NCBI GenBank assembly: GCA_038249195.1
Contig: JBBRWM010000001.1
Coordinates: 395,489 to 459,488 of the forward strand
DNA from: Actinomycetota bacterium
Lineage (GTDB): Bacteria > Actinomycetota > UBA4738 > HRBIN12
Length of the DNA stretch: 64,000 nucleotides
Reading direction: 5' to 3'
Below are positions 47,392 to 57,272 of the stretch, one piece after another (position 1 is the first letter of the stretch; the number at the start of each line of letters is the position of its first letter). Position numbers and translations under genes: made by a program. Below the pieces are notes generated by a model. The model was given only the letters and a program-made list of their open reading frames with translations, did no database searches and was not told the DNA's origin.

Positions 47392-48360
47392 ATGGCGACG
47401 CCGGCGACCGGGGCGTCCGCCGACACGAGCACGCTCCCGAACCTGGTGATCGCGGGCGTGGGCAAGGCCGGGACGACCTCGCTCTTCTGGTACCTCGCGC
47501 AGCACCCGGACGTGTGCGCGTCCGACGTGAAGGAGATCCAGTACTTCACGCCGCTCAGCGAGGGCGACGGGAACCTCCAGCCGCTTGCCGCCTACGCCCA
47601 GCATTTCCGCGGCTGGTCGGGCGAGCGCTACCGGCTGGAGGCGAGCCCGCAGTACTTCCACGGCGGGCAGCCCATCGTGGACGCGATGCGTTCCACCCTG
47701 CGGGACCCGCGCGTCATCGTGATGCTTCGCGATCCCGTCGAGCGGCTCTGGTCGCAGTTCCGCTTCATACGCAGCCGCCTCGCCGGCCTTCCCGATGCCA
47801 TGACGTTCGAGGACTACGTGGAGGCCTGCCGCGGCGTGCGCGAGCGGCGCGAACCCTTCTCCCAGGACAATCGTCTGTACTGGACCATCCAGGGCGGCTT
47901 CTACGACGAGTATCTTCAACCCTGGATCGAGGCGTTCGGCGAGGATCTGCGCATCGTGTTCTTCGAGGACCTGGCCGCTGGCCCCGAACCTACGACGGTC
48001 GAGACGTACGCCTGGCTCGGCCTGGACGCCCCCGCGGAAGGCGCCGTCTCCTACTCGGTGCAGAACCGCACGATCCGCTACCGGAGCAAGCTGATCCAGC
48101 GGGCGGCGCTCGCCGCGAACCGAGAGGGTCGCCTGGGCGACAAGCGACGCTTGAAGGAGCCGCTTCGCAAGCTCTATTACGCCGTGAACCGCCGGCCCGA
48201 GGCCGAGCGCATGGCAACGCACACACGGCGAGAGCTCGCCGCGCTGTTCGCGCCCGGCAACGCGGCCCTGGCTCGACGGTTGCGTTCCCTCGGCTACGAG
48301 CGGCCGCCTGCCTGGGTCGCGGACGCGCCGGCAGCCGAGGCCTCGTCCGACCCGGACTGA
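47392..48360 (+). CDS. Sulfotransferase (cytosolic/Stf-type fold)
   Basis: 5'-PSB motif LVIAGVGKAGTTSL and a 3'-PB region (VIVMLRDPVERLWS). The longer ORF upstream (from 47218) adds only Arg-rich low-complexity sequence. Confidence 0.7.
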   Translation: MATPATGASADTSTLPNLVIAGVGKAGTTSLFWYLAQHPDVCASDVKEIQYFTPLSEGDGNLQPLAAYAQHFRGWSGERYRLEASPQYFHGGQPIVDAMRSTLRDPRVIVMLRDPVERLWSQFRFIRSRLAGLPDAMTFEDYVEACRGVRERREPFSQDNRLYWTIQGGFYDEYLQPWIEAFGEDLRIVFFEDLAAGPEPTTVETYAWLGLDAPAEGAVSYSVQNRTIRYRSKLIQRAALAANREGRLGDKRRLKEPLRKLYYAVNRRPEAERMATHTRRELAALFAPGNAALARRLRSLGYERPPAWVADAPAAEASSDPD

Positions 48361-48367
48361 CCTGAGG

Positions 48368-49336
48368 ATGGCCGCCGCCCCCCTCCCCCGCATCCTGTGC
48401 AGCTCGGTGGTCCGATCCGTCCACCAGGGCGAGAGCCACGGCGGCGTCTACCTCGTCGATCTCGGATCGGGCACGTCCGAACAGGTGCTCGACTGGAAGG
48501 ACACGAACATCGACTGGGAGGGAAGAGGGGGCGACCGCGGGCTGCGGGGGATCGCCTTTCACGAAGGCTCGATCTACCTCGCGGCGAGCGACGAGATCTT
48601 CGTGTTCGACCGCTCGTTCAACCGAACCGGGTCGTTCCGCAACCCGTATCTGAGCATGTGCCACGAGATCTTCGTGCAGGACCACCGGCTGTACCTATCG
48701 TCCACCGGATTTGACGCGGTCCTCGAGTACGACCTGTCGCAGGGGGCGTTCACGCACGGATGGAGCCTGCGCTACGCGAAAGCGTGGAAGCTCCGCCGCA
48801 CCTTGAAGCTCAAGATCCCGCCCGCGCTCAGAACGTTCGATCCCAACGAGCCCGGCGGGCCCGCCCGCGGCGACACGAGTCACGTGAACCACGTGTGGAT
48901 CCATGAAGGAGCGTTGCTCGCGAGCGGCACGAAACTCTCGGGCTTGTGGCAGGTGAACGGCCCCGGACTGAAGCGCTACGCGACGGTCCCGTTCGGCACC
49001 CACAACGCACGACCGTTCCGCGACGGCGTGCTCTTCAACCACACGAAGACCGACCGCATCGCGTACGGCTCGCTGGGAGGCGATGTCCTGGCCTCGGTGT
49101 CGATGCCCACGTACGACAAGGATCGTCTCGAGCACGCGGATCTTCCGGAGGACCTCGCCCGGGCGACGTTCGGCCGCGGCCTCACGGTCCTCGCGGACGG
49201 CCGCGTCGTGGGAGGGTCCTCCCCCGCCACGATCAGCGTGTATGACCTGGATGCGGGCGTCCGCGAGACCTCGGTGAACATCACGATGGACGTGCGAAAC
49301 GCCGTGCACGGCCTCGAGGTCTGGCCGTTCGACTGA
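48368..49336 (+). CDS. Hypothetical protein (possible beta-propeller/lactonase-like fold)
   Basis: High-GC3 322-aa ORF with no recognisable motif, embedded in the glycan locus. Confidence 0.45.
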   Translation: MAAAPLPRILCSSVVRSVHQGESHGGVYLVDLGSGTSEQVLDWKDTNIDWEGRGGDRGLRGIAFHEGSIYLAASDEIFVFDRSFNRTGSFRNPYLSMCHEIFVQDHRLYLSSTGFDAVLEYDLSQGAFTHGWSLRYAKAWKLRRTLKLKIPPALRTFDPNEPGGPARGDTSHVNHVWIHEGALLASGTKLSGLWQVNGPGLKRYATVPFGTHNARPFRDGVLFNHTKTDRIAYGSLGGDVLASVSMPTYDKDRLEHADLPEDLARATFGRGLTVLADGRVVGGSSPATISVYDLDAGVRETSVNITMDVRNAVHGLEVWPFD

Positions 49337-49384
49337 GGAGCGTGGTCTTGGTGATCACCACCCGGCGGATCCGTGTTCGTCCGC

Positions 49385-50311
49385 CTACCAGTCGTCGTCG
49401 GAGTAGAACGCCGCGGCGACGTCTGCCGTCGCCGTGCGGATCCGCGCGACCTCCTCGGACGACAGGCGCGCCTTCCACGCGGTGATGGACCTGGCGCTGT
49501 CGCGCCGATGCGAGGCCGCGTCGGTGGTCTCCTCGGGGTTGTCCACGCCGCTGTGCTCCTCGATCGTGCGTTGCACCGAGGGCGTCCAACTGAAGCCGAA
49601 GCGCTCGTACAGGGCGCGGAAACCGCGGACCGGCTCGCGGGAGAGATCCTCGTGGCGCAGGAAGGTCCAGGTCGGTCGCTCGTCGCGGAACCGCCTGATC
49701 TGCATGTGGATGAGGTTCCACAACAGGATCGCCTGATCGATCAGGGGCTGCTCCACGTCGGCGAAGCGCCGGATCTCCTCCTCGTAGGCGCCGAGCTGAT
49801 CGCGCATCATCAGCGGCTGACGCAGGAAATGGTCGAAGGGATGGTCCCAACCCTGCCGCACGATGCTTCGCACGAAGGCTGCGGGGTGGCGGATGAGCAC
49901 GACCACGTCCATCTCGAACGTGTCGGCGAGCCAACCCGCGGAGAACACGGCGATGGGATCCTTGAGCAGCGGCAGCGCGTGTCGTCGACGATGCTCCTCG
50001 GTGGTCCACCAGTCGCGAGCGAATCGAGCGGTGTCCTTCGGCGAACGCAACGAGCGCAGTTCGGCGACCGGCCGGTAGCGGAACGCGAGCGTATCGGCCA
50101 CCGGTCCGCGGAATGCGCCCTCGTTCTCCTCGCACACGAAGGGGAACCAGTAGCGGAAGGGGGCGTTGCAGATGCCGGGTCGCGCCCGCAGGCTGAACGG
50201 CTCCCACAGGTACGCCAGCCGCGGGCGGGGCGTTGCCGCGAGCATCTCACCGACCCAGCCCGTGCCCGATCGGTGCGAACCCGTCACGAGCAAGGGCCGA
50301 GGAGCGTCCAC
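49385..50311 (-). CDS. Sulfotransferase (Stf0-like)
   Basis: N-terminal PAPS-binding loop LLVTGSHRSGTGWV and a sulfotransferase-like C-terminal region. Confidence 0.6.
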   Translation of the reverse strand: MDAPRPLLVTGSHRSGTGWVGEMLAATPRPRLAYLWEPFSLRARPGICNAPFRYWFPFVCEENEGAFRGPVADTLAFRYRPVAELRSLRSPKDTARFARDWWTTEEHRRRHALPLLKDPIAVFSAGWLADTFEMDVVVLIRHPAAFVRSIVRQGWDHPFDHFLRQPLMMRDQLGAYEEEIRRFADVEQPLIDQAILLWNLIHMQIRRFRDERPTWTFLRHEDLSREPVRGFRALYERFGFSWTPSVQRTIEEHSGVDNPEETTDAASHRRDSARSITAWKARLSSEEVARIRTATADVAAAFYSDDDW

Positions 50312-50462
50312 CGCCTCAGGCTACCCGCCCAGGCCCGATACCCCGCCACGCTGCGGACGTCCGTGCGTTCGATATCGGGCAAAGGGCGTACGGCGCGTGG
50401 CCGTTCGACCTGTGGTGAGATCCGGGCGGGCGATGGTACTGTGGGTCGGCCGAGGTACAGCT

Positions 50463-50491
50463 TTCGGCGCACAGGTATCGGCTGCGCCGAA
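50463..50491. promoter_or_regulatory. Inverted repeat TTCGGCGCA-n11-TGCGCCGAA upstream of secreted beta-propeller gene
   Basis: Perfect 9-nt arms about 30-55 nt upstream of the 50520 ATG. Confidence 0.25.
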
Positions 50492-50519
50492 CGCGGCGCC
50501 CACAAGGAGGTTACGTTCG

Positions 50520-51851
50520 ATGCACATCCCCCGACGTTTGGTTCGCGGCCTGGTGGTCGTAGCCATGATCGCAAGTGGGCTCGCGCTCCTGCCAGCTGCA
50601 CCCGCGCTCGCCTTGTCGAACAACCCCGATACCACCTGGATGACCAACGGAAAAGTGTGGGGGACCGCCCAGTACGGCAACGTCCTGTTCATCGGCGGCA
50701 CGTTCACGCAGGTGCGCAGCGCACCCGTGGGCACCTCCGGTGCCACGAAGATCGCCGTCAACAACCTGGCGGCCATCGACATGACGACGGGCCAAGGCAT
50801 CGCGTCCTTCCACCCCGACGTGGCCGGCTCAGGACTGCAGACGGCGCAGATCCACGCGCTCGCCGTGGCGGGCAACACGCTCTACGTGGGCGGGCAGTTC
50901 AGCTCGATCGACGGCTCGCCGCACTACAACCTCGGCGCGATCGACCTGGACACATCGCCGCTGACGGGGACGGTCGATGACTCGTTCACCGCGGAGGTGG
51001 GGGTGCCCGGCGCCTCGAACGAGAACAAGACCTTCGTGTACGAGATCCTCCCCGGCAACGACGGTCTCTACATCGGCGGGGTCTTCACCAAGGTGGACGC
51101 CCTCGGCCGGAGCAAGGCCGCGAAGGTGACGTTCGGCGGTGCCATCGTAAAGACCTGGAAGGTCCTGAGCGTCAACGGCGCCATCCGGGACATGGCGTTC
51201 TCCACCGACGGCCAGACGATCTTCATCGCCGGCGCGTTCAGCAAGGCGAACAAGGTCGCGCACCAGAGCATCGCCAGGGTCCTCACGTCGACCGGGAAGG
51301 ACGACACCTGGAACGTCTCGGGTGTGATCGTGGACAACGGTCCCACGCACTACGGCATGAGCTGCTGGAGCCTCGCCATCACGCAGACGCGGGTGTTCGC
51401 CGGCTGTGGACGCGGCGCCAACTACGCGGCGGCGTTCCGCCTGGACAACGGGGACACGGGGAACAGGACCTGGTCCTTCGGCACCGTCGGCAACGTGCAG
51501 GCCATCGCCCTCACGTCCGATCGGCAGAGCCTCGTCATCGGCGGGCACTTCGGGACGTTCCTCACGCAGTCGGTCTGCAGCAACAAGTACCTGAAGAACC
51601 TCGGGATCCTGAACAACATCTACGGCACGAGCACCCCGAGCCTGGACTGCAGCTTCCTACCACAGTTCAAGGGGCCGAACCCCTTCGGCGGCGTCTGGGA
51701 GATCCAGGTCACGTCCACCGCGATCTGGGCCGGCGGCGAGTTCCACGACGTCAACTGCGACCCCTCGCGTTCGGACACCGGCGGCGGGCCCGGCAAGTGG
51801 ACCTGCACGAACGGTCGCGGCCAGCAAAGCATCGCCCGGTTCACCCTCTAG
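50520..51851 (+). CDS. Secreted beta-propeller repeat protein
   Basis: AAGGAGG RBS 8 nt upstream of the ATG. Signal peptide (LLPAAPALA); about 7-8 repeats with conserved G-G-x-F / LY(V/I)GG pattern (delta-60/SBBP-like blades). Confidence 0.6.
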   Translation: MHIPRRLVRGLVVVAMIASGLALLPAAPALALSNNPDTTWMTNGKVWGTAQYGNVLFIGGTFTQVRSAPVGTSGATKIAVNNLAAIDMTTGQGIASFHPDVAGSGLQTAQIHALAVAGNTLYVGGQFSSIDGSPHYNLGAIDLDTSPLTGTVDDSFTAEVGVPGASNENKTFVYEILPGNDGLYIGGVFTKVDALGRSKAAKVTFGGAIVKTWKVLSVNGAIRDMAFSTDGQTIFIAGAFSKANKVAHQSIARVLTSTGKDDTWNVSGVIVDNGPTHYGMSCWSLAITQTRVFAGCGRGANYAAAFRLDNGDTGNRTWSFGTVGNVQAIALTSDRQSLVIGGHFGTFLTQSVCSNKYLKNLGILNNIYGTSTPSLDCSFLPQFKGPNPFGGVWEIQVTSTAIWAGGEFHDVNCDPSRSDTGGGPGKWTCTNGRGQQSIARFTL

Positions 51852-51853
51852 GG

Positions 51854-52714
51854 GTGAACCGGGTCGGCGCCCCATCGACCCGATCGAGGCCGAGGCGCAT
51901 CGAGGTTCCCAACGACACCCGGGGCACCACCTTCGGCATCGTCACGCCGACGCTGAACGCCGAGCGCTACCTCGAGGACACCCTGCGCTCGATCTGGGGA
52001 CAGGCCTCGGACGCGGTGCGCATCGACCACGTCCTGGTGGACGGCGGTTCGAAGGACGCGACGCTGGAGATCGCTCGGCGGCATCCGACCCGGATCGTCG
52101 TGAACACCGACGACCGGGGGATGTACGACGCCGTGAACCGGGGGCTCGCGATGGTCGAGGGCGACATCGTGGGCTACCTCAACGCCGACGACGAGCTCCC
52201 ACCCGACACGCTCGCGCGCGTTGCGAAGGCGTTCCGGGGACATCCTGACGCCCGATGGCTCATGGGCACCCGGGAGTTCATCGACGGCGACGGCACGGCT
52301 TTCGCGTGGATGACCCCGGTGCCGTTCACGCTGGAGGAATACCTGGGGCTCGGCTGGTCGTGCGTACCGCAAGAGACCGTGTGGATGCGCCGCTCCTTCT
52401 GGCAGCAGGTGGGTCCGTTCGACACCACGTTCCGCAACACCGGGGACTACGACATGTACGCCCGATGCCGAGCCGTCGCGCGCCCCCTGATCCTCAAGGA
52501 CGTGATCGGACGTTTCCGACTGCACGGCGATCAGTTGTCCTTCAACCCCGGCGTGATGGCCGCCGAGAGCCGCCGGGTGCAGGAGAAGAACGGCACCGTG
52601 TCTCGCGCGGGCTGGGTCCGAGGCAAATACCTGAGCCTGCGTCTCAACGCGCGCAACCCGAGATGGCTCCTGGCCAAGAAGACCGGCAAGATCCGCTTCA
52701 CGCCGCAGTCCTGA
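51854..52714 (+). CDS. Glycosyltransferase family 2
   Basis: GT-A motifs FGIVTPTLNAERYLEDTL, DGGSKD, YLNADD (DxD). GTG start just after the preceding stop (start uncertain). Confidence 0.8.
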   Translation: MNRVGAPSTRSRPRRIEVPNDTRGTTFGIVTPTLNAERYLEDTLRSIWGQASDAVRIDHVLVDGGSKDATLEIARRHPTRIVVNTDDRGMYDAVNRGLAMVEGDIVGYLNADDELPPDTLARVAKAFRGHPDARWLMGTREFIDGDGTAFAWMTPVPFTLEEYLGLGWSCVPQETVWMRRSFWQQVGPFDTTFRNTGDYDMYARCRAVARPLILKDVIGRFRLHGDQLSFNPGVMAAESRRVQEKNGTVSRAGWVRGKYLSLRLNARNPRWLLAKKTGKIRFTPQS

Positions 52715-52800
52715 GGCGCTGCCCGGCGTCGACGGCGGTAACGCCGGGGCCCGTATCATCGAACCGGCCGGGGAACGGACCGAAGAACAGGAGCTGCTGA

Positions 52801-53919
52801 GTGCGGATCGGGGTCGACGCCAGCTTCATCGACCCGGGTCGCGTGGGCGGCGCCGAACACATGCTCACCAACCTCGTGCAGGGGCTGGGCGAGACGGCCG
52901 AGGGCGACGATGAAGTGACGGTCTTCACCGAGCACCCGTGGGCGGCGCCCGCGCCGGTTCACTTCCGCCATCCGCGGGGTCGCGGCGATCGGTTCCGCCG
53001 GATCACACGAACCGTGTGGCCGGAGCTCAGCCGATTCGATGCCTTCCTGTTCGCGAACTACTTCACACCGCCTTTCCCGCGCACGTCCGGCCGGCCGCGG
53101 TTCGTTACCGTCATCCACGATCTGCAGTACCGGCACTTCCCGGAACATTTCAGCCGGCGCAAACGCGCCTGGCTGAGGGGGGCGCACGAGGCCACGCTGC
53201 GCCTCGCGGACGAGACCGTCGCCATCTCCCACGACGTGCGTCGCGACGTGCTCGCGAGCTACGGGGCGCGTTGGGCGGACCGCGTGCGGACGATCCACAA
53301 CCCGGTTTCCTGGACGCGCTTCGACGGCGACGCGCCGGCGCCCATCGAGGAACCGTACGTGCTCGCCGTGGCCGCCCAGTATCCCCACAAGAACCTCGAG
53401 ACCCTCGTCCGGGCCTTCGGGGCGTTGCGGCGGCAGGGCCGCCACCTCGACGCGCGCCTGGTGCTGGCCGGCCAGCTCGGTCACAACCTGCGTGGGGTGG
53501 CGTGGACCCGGCCGCTCGACGACGTGATCGCGTCCGAGGATCTCGGCTCGGCCATCCACGTGACGGGCTACCTCGGCGACGAGCAGCTCGGGGCCGCGTA
53601 TCGCCGCGCACGCATGTTCGCGTTCCCGTCGCGGTTCGAGGGCTTCGCGTTGCCGGTGGTGGAAGCCTTGGGCTTCGGCCTTCCCGTGCTCACGACGCGC
53701 AGCACCGCGATCCCCGAGGTGACGATGGGCCTGGCCACCTACCTCGACGACCCGCTCGACGTCGAGGCCATGGCCGAACGGATCGGATCCATGCTGGACG
53801 ATCCGGCGGCGTTCGAACCCTCGGCCTCCGACGTCGAGCGCGTCCGCGCGGCGTACGCCCCCGCGACGATCGCGACGCGATACCGGGCCGTCCTGCGGGG
53901 CGACGAGGTTGCGGCGTGA
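52801..53919 (+). CDS. Glycosyltransferase family 4 (GT-B)
   Basis: GT4 C-terminal signature FAFPSRFEGFALPVVEALGFGLPVLTT (EX7E). Confidence 0.8.
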   Translation: MRIGVDASFIDPGRVGGAEHMLTNLVQGLGETAEGDDEVTVFTEHPWAAPAPVHFRHPRGRGDRFRRITRTVWPELSRFDAFLFANYFTPPFPRTSGRPRFVTVIHDLQYRHFPEHFSRRKRAWLRGAHEATLRLADETVAISHDVRRDVLASYGARWADRVRTIHNPVSWTRFDGDAPAPIEEPYVLAVAAQYPHKNLETLVRAFGALRRQGRHLDARLVLAGQLGHNLRGVAWTRPLDDVIASEDLGSAIHVTGYLGDEQLGAAYRRARMFAFPSRFEGFALPVVEALGFGLPVLTTRSTAIPEVTMGLATYLDDPLDVEAMAERIGSMLDDPAAFEPSASDVERVRAAYAPATIATRYRAVLRGDEVAA

Positions 53920-54857
53920 TCCAGCCCATCTTCGTCCTCTCGCTGCCTCGATCGGGCTCGACGCTCGTGCAGCGCGTCCTGGGCGCGCACCCCTTGATCG
54001 GCACCGCGGCCGAGCCGTGGCTCCTGCTCCCCCACGCGTACGCGCTGCGCGAGCGGGGGATGGCCGCCGAGTACACGCAGCCGGTAGCCGCGCGCGCGAT
54101 CCGCGAGTTCGTTGCCGGCCTACCCGGAGGCGAGGACGACTATTGGTCGGCCTTGCGCGCCTTCACGCTGAACCTCTACGAGGGGGCGGCCGGGCCCGGC
54201 GCCACGCACTTCTTGGACAAGACACCGCGCTACCACTTCATCACGCCCGAGCTGTTCCGGATGTTCCCCGACGCGAAGGTCATCTTCCTGTGGCGGAACC
54301 CGCTGGCCGTGGTGGCGTCGATCGTGGATACCTGGTGCAAGGGCGCCTGGAACGTGGACCGGTGGCAGGGGGACCTTCTCGGGATCGAGCGGCTGGTGGC
54401 GGCGCGCGAGGAGCACGCCGACCGTTCGCTCGCGGTGAACTTCGAGTCGTTGGTCGGTGAGCCGGGTACGGCCTGGCCCAAGGTCTTCGACTACCTCGAG
54501 CTGCGGTTCGATCCGGAGCTGCTCAACGCCTTCTCCGGCGTGCACCTCGCGGGGTCGATGGGCGACCCCACCGGGGTGCAGCGCTATCACGAGCTCAGCA
54601 CCGAACCATTGGAGAAGTGGAAGGCGACGCTGGGCCACCCGTGGCGGAAGCGGTGGTGTCGCGCCTACCTCGATCGGATCGGACCCGAGCGCCTCGCCGC
54701 CATGGGGTATGACGTCGATGAGCTTCGGGGGCAGCTGGACGACCTGCCGTCCTCACCACGCAGGGCGGTGTCCGACGCGGTGCACGGCACCTACTGGACG
54801 TGGGCACAGCGACGCAAGCGCGCCGCGTTCAAACGTATGGCGCCGCGGGTTCACTGA
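53916..54857 (+). CDS. Sulfotransferase (Stf0-like)
   Basis: GTG start overlapping the GT4 stop (GTGA). PAPS-binding loop IFVLSLPRSGSTLVQ and 3'-PB-like VIFLWRNPLAVVAS. It lies in-frame inside a longer composite ORF. Confidence 0.7.
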   Translation: MIQPIFVLSLPRSGSTLVQRVLGAHPLIGTAAEPWLLLPHAYALRERGMAAEYTQPVAARAIREFVAGLPGGEDDYWSALRAFTLNLYEGAAGPGATHFLDKTPRYHFITPELFRMFPDAKVIFLWRNPLAVVASIVDTWCKGAWNVDRWQGDLLGIERLVAAREEHADRSLAVNFESLVGEPGTAWPKVFDYLELRFDPELLNAFSGVHLAGSMGDPTGVQRYHELSTEPLEKWKATLGHPWRKRWCRAYLDRIGPERLAAMGYDVDELRGQLDDLPSSPRRAVSDAVHGTYWTWAQRRKRAAFKRMAPRVH

Positions 54858-56109
54858 TGCCGAGCGCACGCACGGCGTCGGCCGCCTCCGCGCGTCGCGG
54901 GAGGCCGGGGTCACCCAGCGACATGGCGATGGCGTAGAGCCCGAACACGGTGGCCGATCGCGACGCGCCCGGGAGCACCGGGTTGAACAGCATGGCCACG
55001 AACACGGCGTTGAGGCACACCAGGATCACGCGAAGGAGATCCGCTCGATCCTGCTGCCCCACCCGGATGAAGCGTCGATATCGCCGCACGATCACGATCT
55101 CGGTGAGCACGATCCAGCCCAGGAGGAGGCCCAGTCCCAGCAGGCCGCCTTCCGCAGCGAAGAGCACGAAGTCGTTGTGGTAGGGCAGCGCCTTCTGGTC
55201 GCGGGCGCGGACCGCCACCGAGCTCCCCGAGAACACCGATCCGACCAGCGGCGACTGTTGGAACTTCTCGATCCCGGAGGTCCACAGGTCGATGCGGCCC
55301 GCGTTCGCGTCGGCCTTGCCGACTGCCGAGAAGTAGTCGCTCGTCAGCTTCACGCCCTCCTGGAAGTTGGCGATGGCGAACACGGCGAAGAGCAGCACGA
55401 GCCCCGTCACCACGAGCGAGCGCAGCCCCGTGGCGCGACGTCCCGTGAGGAAGAGGGTGAGGAACACCGACAGGATGATGAGGAGCGAGGTCGCCGACGG
55501 ATACGTCACGAAGATGATCCCCGTGAGGACCATGATCACCAAGAACCGCCGATACCTGCGCGTCACGAACGCGGCCGCAAGGGCCAGGGCGACGAACGCG
55601 AAGCTCGCGTTGCGGTACTGCTTGTACTGGAGCAGCCCGGGAAGGATCTGCAGATTGACGGCTACGTTCATCGCCACGTACACGAGGCCGATCCACGCGA
55701 GCCAGGTCATCGTGCGTCCGACCTCGCGATCGGTCGGCTCCCGCAGCGTAAAGAGGTAGAGCAGCCCGAGCAGCATCGGGAGGAAGGCCGGGCGCACGGT
55801 GTCCTGTGTCCCGAGGAACGCCACGCCGATGAGGGAGCCGCCCATGCCCAGCACGTAGAGGATCCCCAGCACCACGTCGCTCGAAGCGGGCGATCGGACC
55901 AGCATCGACGGCTCCCGCATCCGGATCGCGACCATCGTGCCGATGGGGATCAACAGGACGAGGTAGCGCATCGCGCCGCCTCGGTCGAGCACGTTGAACG
56001 CGTCCACGACCGTGAGCGACATGAGGAACAGGAACGAACGGGCCAGTCGGTAGGAGTCGGTGTCCCCGGTCACCGAGACGGGCATCGCGCGGGTCTGCGG
56101 GACGCTCAC
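54829..56109 (-). CDS. O-antigen ligase/polymerase (Wzy-like) family membrane protein
   Basis: About 10-12 TM helices with a large periplasmic loop near the C-terminus, typical of the O-antigen polymerase/ligase family. Confidence 0.65.
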   Translation of the reverse strand: MSVPQTRAMPVSVTGDTDSYRLARSFLFLMSLTVVDAFNVLDRGGAMRYLVLLIPIGTMVAIRMREPSMLVRSPASSDVVLGILYVLGMGGSLIGVAFLGTQDTVRPAFLPMLLGLLYLFTLREPTDREVGRTMTWLAWIGLVYVAMNVAVNLQILPGLLQYKQYRNASFAFVALALAAAFVTRRYRRFLVIMVLTGIIFVTYPSATSLLIILSVFLTLFLTGRRATGLRSLVVTGLVLLFAVFAIANFQEGVKLTSDYFSAVGKADANAGRIDLWTSGIEKFQQSPLVGSVFSGSSVAVRARDQKALPYHNDFVLFAAEGGLLGLGLLLGWIVLTEIVIVRRYRRFIRVGQQDRADLLRVILVCLNAVFVAMLFNPVLPGASRSATVFGLYAIAMSLGDPGLPRRAEAADAVRALGISEPAAPYV

Positions 56110-56255
56110 GCGATCCGTCCCGATCGTTGGGGGCTCGGCCCCGCCGGCCCGTCGTACGCTCGCCCCGCGACCGCCGAGGGACGGGACCCTTGCGGCGTCG
56201 GCGTTGGGTAGCCTGTTCGCGGTCGGGCGCGGCGGGCCCGCGGAAAGGTCTGGGG

Positions 56256-57233
56256 ATGGCGGGCAGGGAGGTCGCGGCGCGGCGTTGGATCGTCGCGCTC
56301 GCGTGCATGGCGCTGCTGAGCGCCGCGTGCAGCCGTTCGGAGACGACGCTCGAGGGGAACTCCACGCGGCACTTCGTCGTGGTGGCGACCGGGGACATCG
56401 CCTGCGGACAGGCCCCCACGCCCGACGATCCGGAGCAGAAGTGCCGCTACGACCTGGTCGGTGACCTCGTGCGCAGCCTCGCCCCCGATCGATTCCTCCC
56501 GCTCGGCAATCTCCAGTATTCGCTCTCGGGGCCCCCCGACTACGCCGCCTACTACGACCGGTACTTCGGGGACCTCATGTCCGTGACGAGTCCGACGCCC
56601 GGTGATAGCGACTGGGTCCCGAGCCCCCAGGCCTACCTGGAGGCGTTCGGCAAGGCGGCCGGGGCCCCGGGCGGGTACTACTCCTACGACATCGGTTCCT
56701 GGCACATCATCTCGTTGAACTCCCAAGACTGCTTGGACGAGAGCGGGTGCGGGCCCGGCACCAAGCAGTACGACTGGCTGCTGGGCGACCTCGCCTCGCA
56801 CCCCAACTCCCTGTATCCGTGCACACTCGCCTACTTCCACGACCCTCGGTACCTGTGGGTGACGTGGTGGGCCCTGGACGGCCTTCCCAAGGGAGCGAAC
56901 ACGAAGGTGACCCCGTTCTGGGGGCTGCTCTACGGCGCCGGCGCGGACGTGGTCCTGGGAGCGAGCGCGCACAACTACGAGCGGTGGGCGCCCCAGAACC
57001 TGGAGGGCCAGATCGATCCGGCCAAGGGCATCACCGAGTTCGTCGTGGGCACCGGTGGGCGCAGGATGATGCCGTTCGGCCCCCAGCCGCGGCCCGTGAA
57101 CCTCATGGCCGCCCAAGACACGTCCTACGGGGCGCTCCGACTCGCGCTCGACCCCTCGGGTCTGAGCTACGCCTGGCGTTCGGCACCCGAGCAATCCGCG
57201 TTCCATGATGAAGGTCGCGTGACCTGCCATTGA
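56256..57233 (+). CDS. Purple-acid-phosphatase-like metallophosphoesterase lipoprotein
   Basis: Lipobox LLSAACS. PAP motifs (VVATGDIACG, LPLGNLQY, LGASAHNYERW). Paralog of the gene at 45927-47048. Confidence 0.75.
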   Translation: MAGREVAARRWIVALACMALLSAACSRSETTLEGNSTRHFVVVATGDIACGQAPTPDDPEQKCRYDLVGDLVRSLAPDRFLPLGNLQYSLSGPPDYAAYYDRYFGDLMSVTSPTPGDSDWVPSPQAYLEAFGKAAGAPGGYYSYDIGSWHIISLNSQDCLDESGCGPGTKQYDWLLGDLASHPNSLYPCTLAYFHDPRYLWVTWWALDGLPKGANTKVTPFWGLLYGAGADVVLGASAHNYERWAPQNLEGQIDPAKGITEFVVGTGGRRMMPFGPQPRPVNLMAAQDTSYGALRLALDPSGLSYAWRSAPEQSAFHDEGRVTCH

Positions 57234-57272
57234 CCCGATGACCCACGCCCGCGCCGGCACCGGACGACGAGC

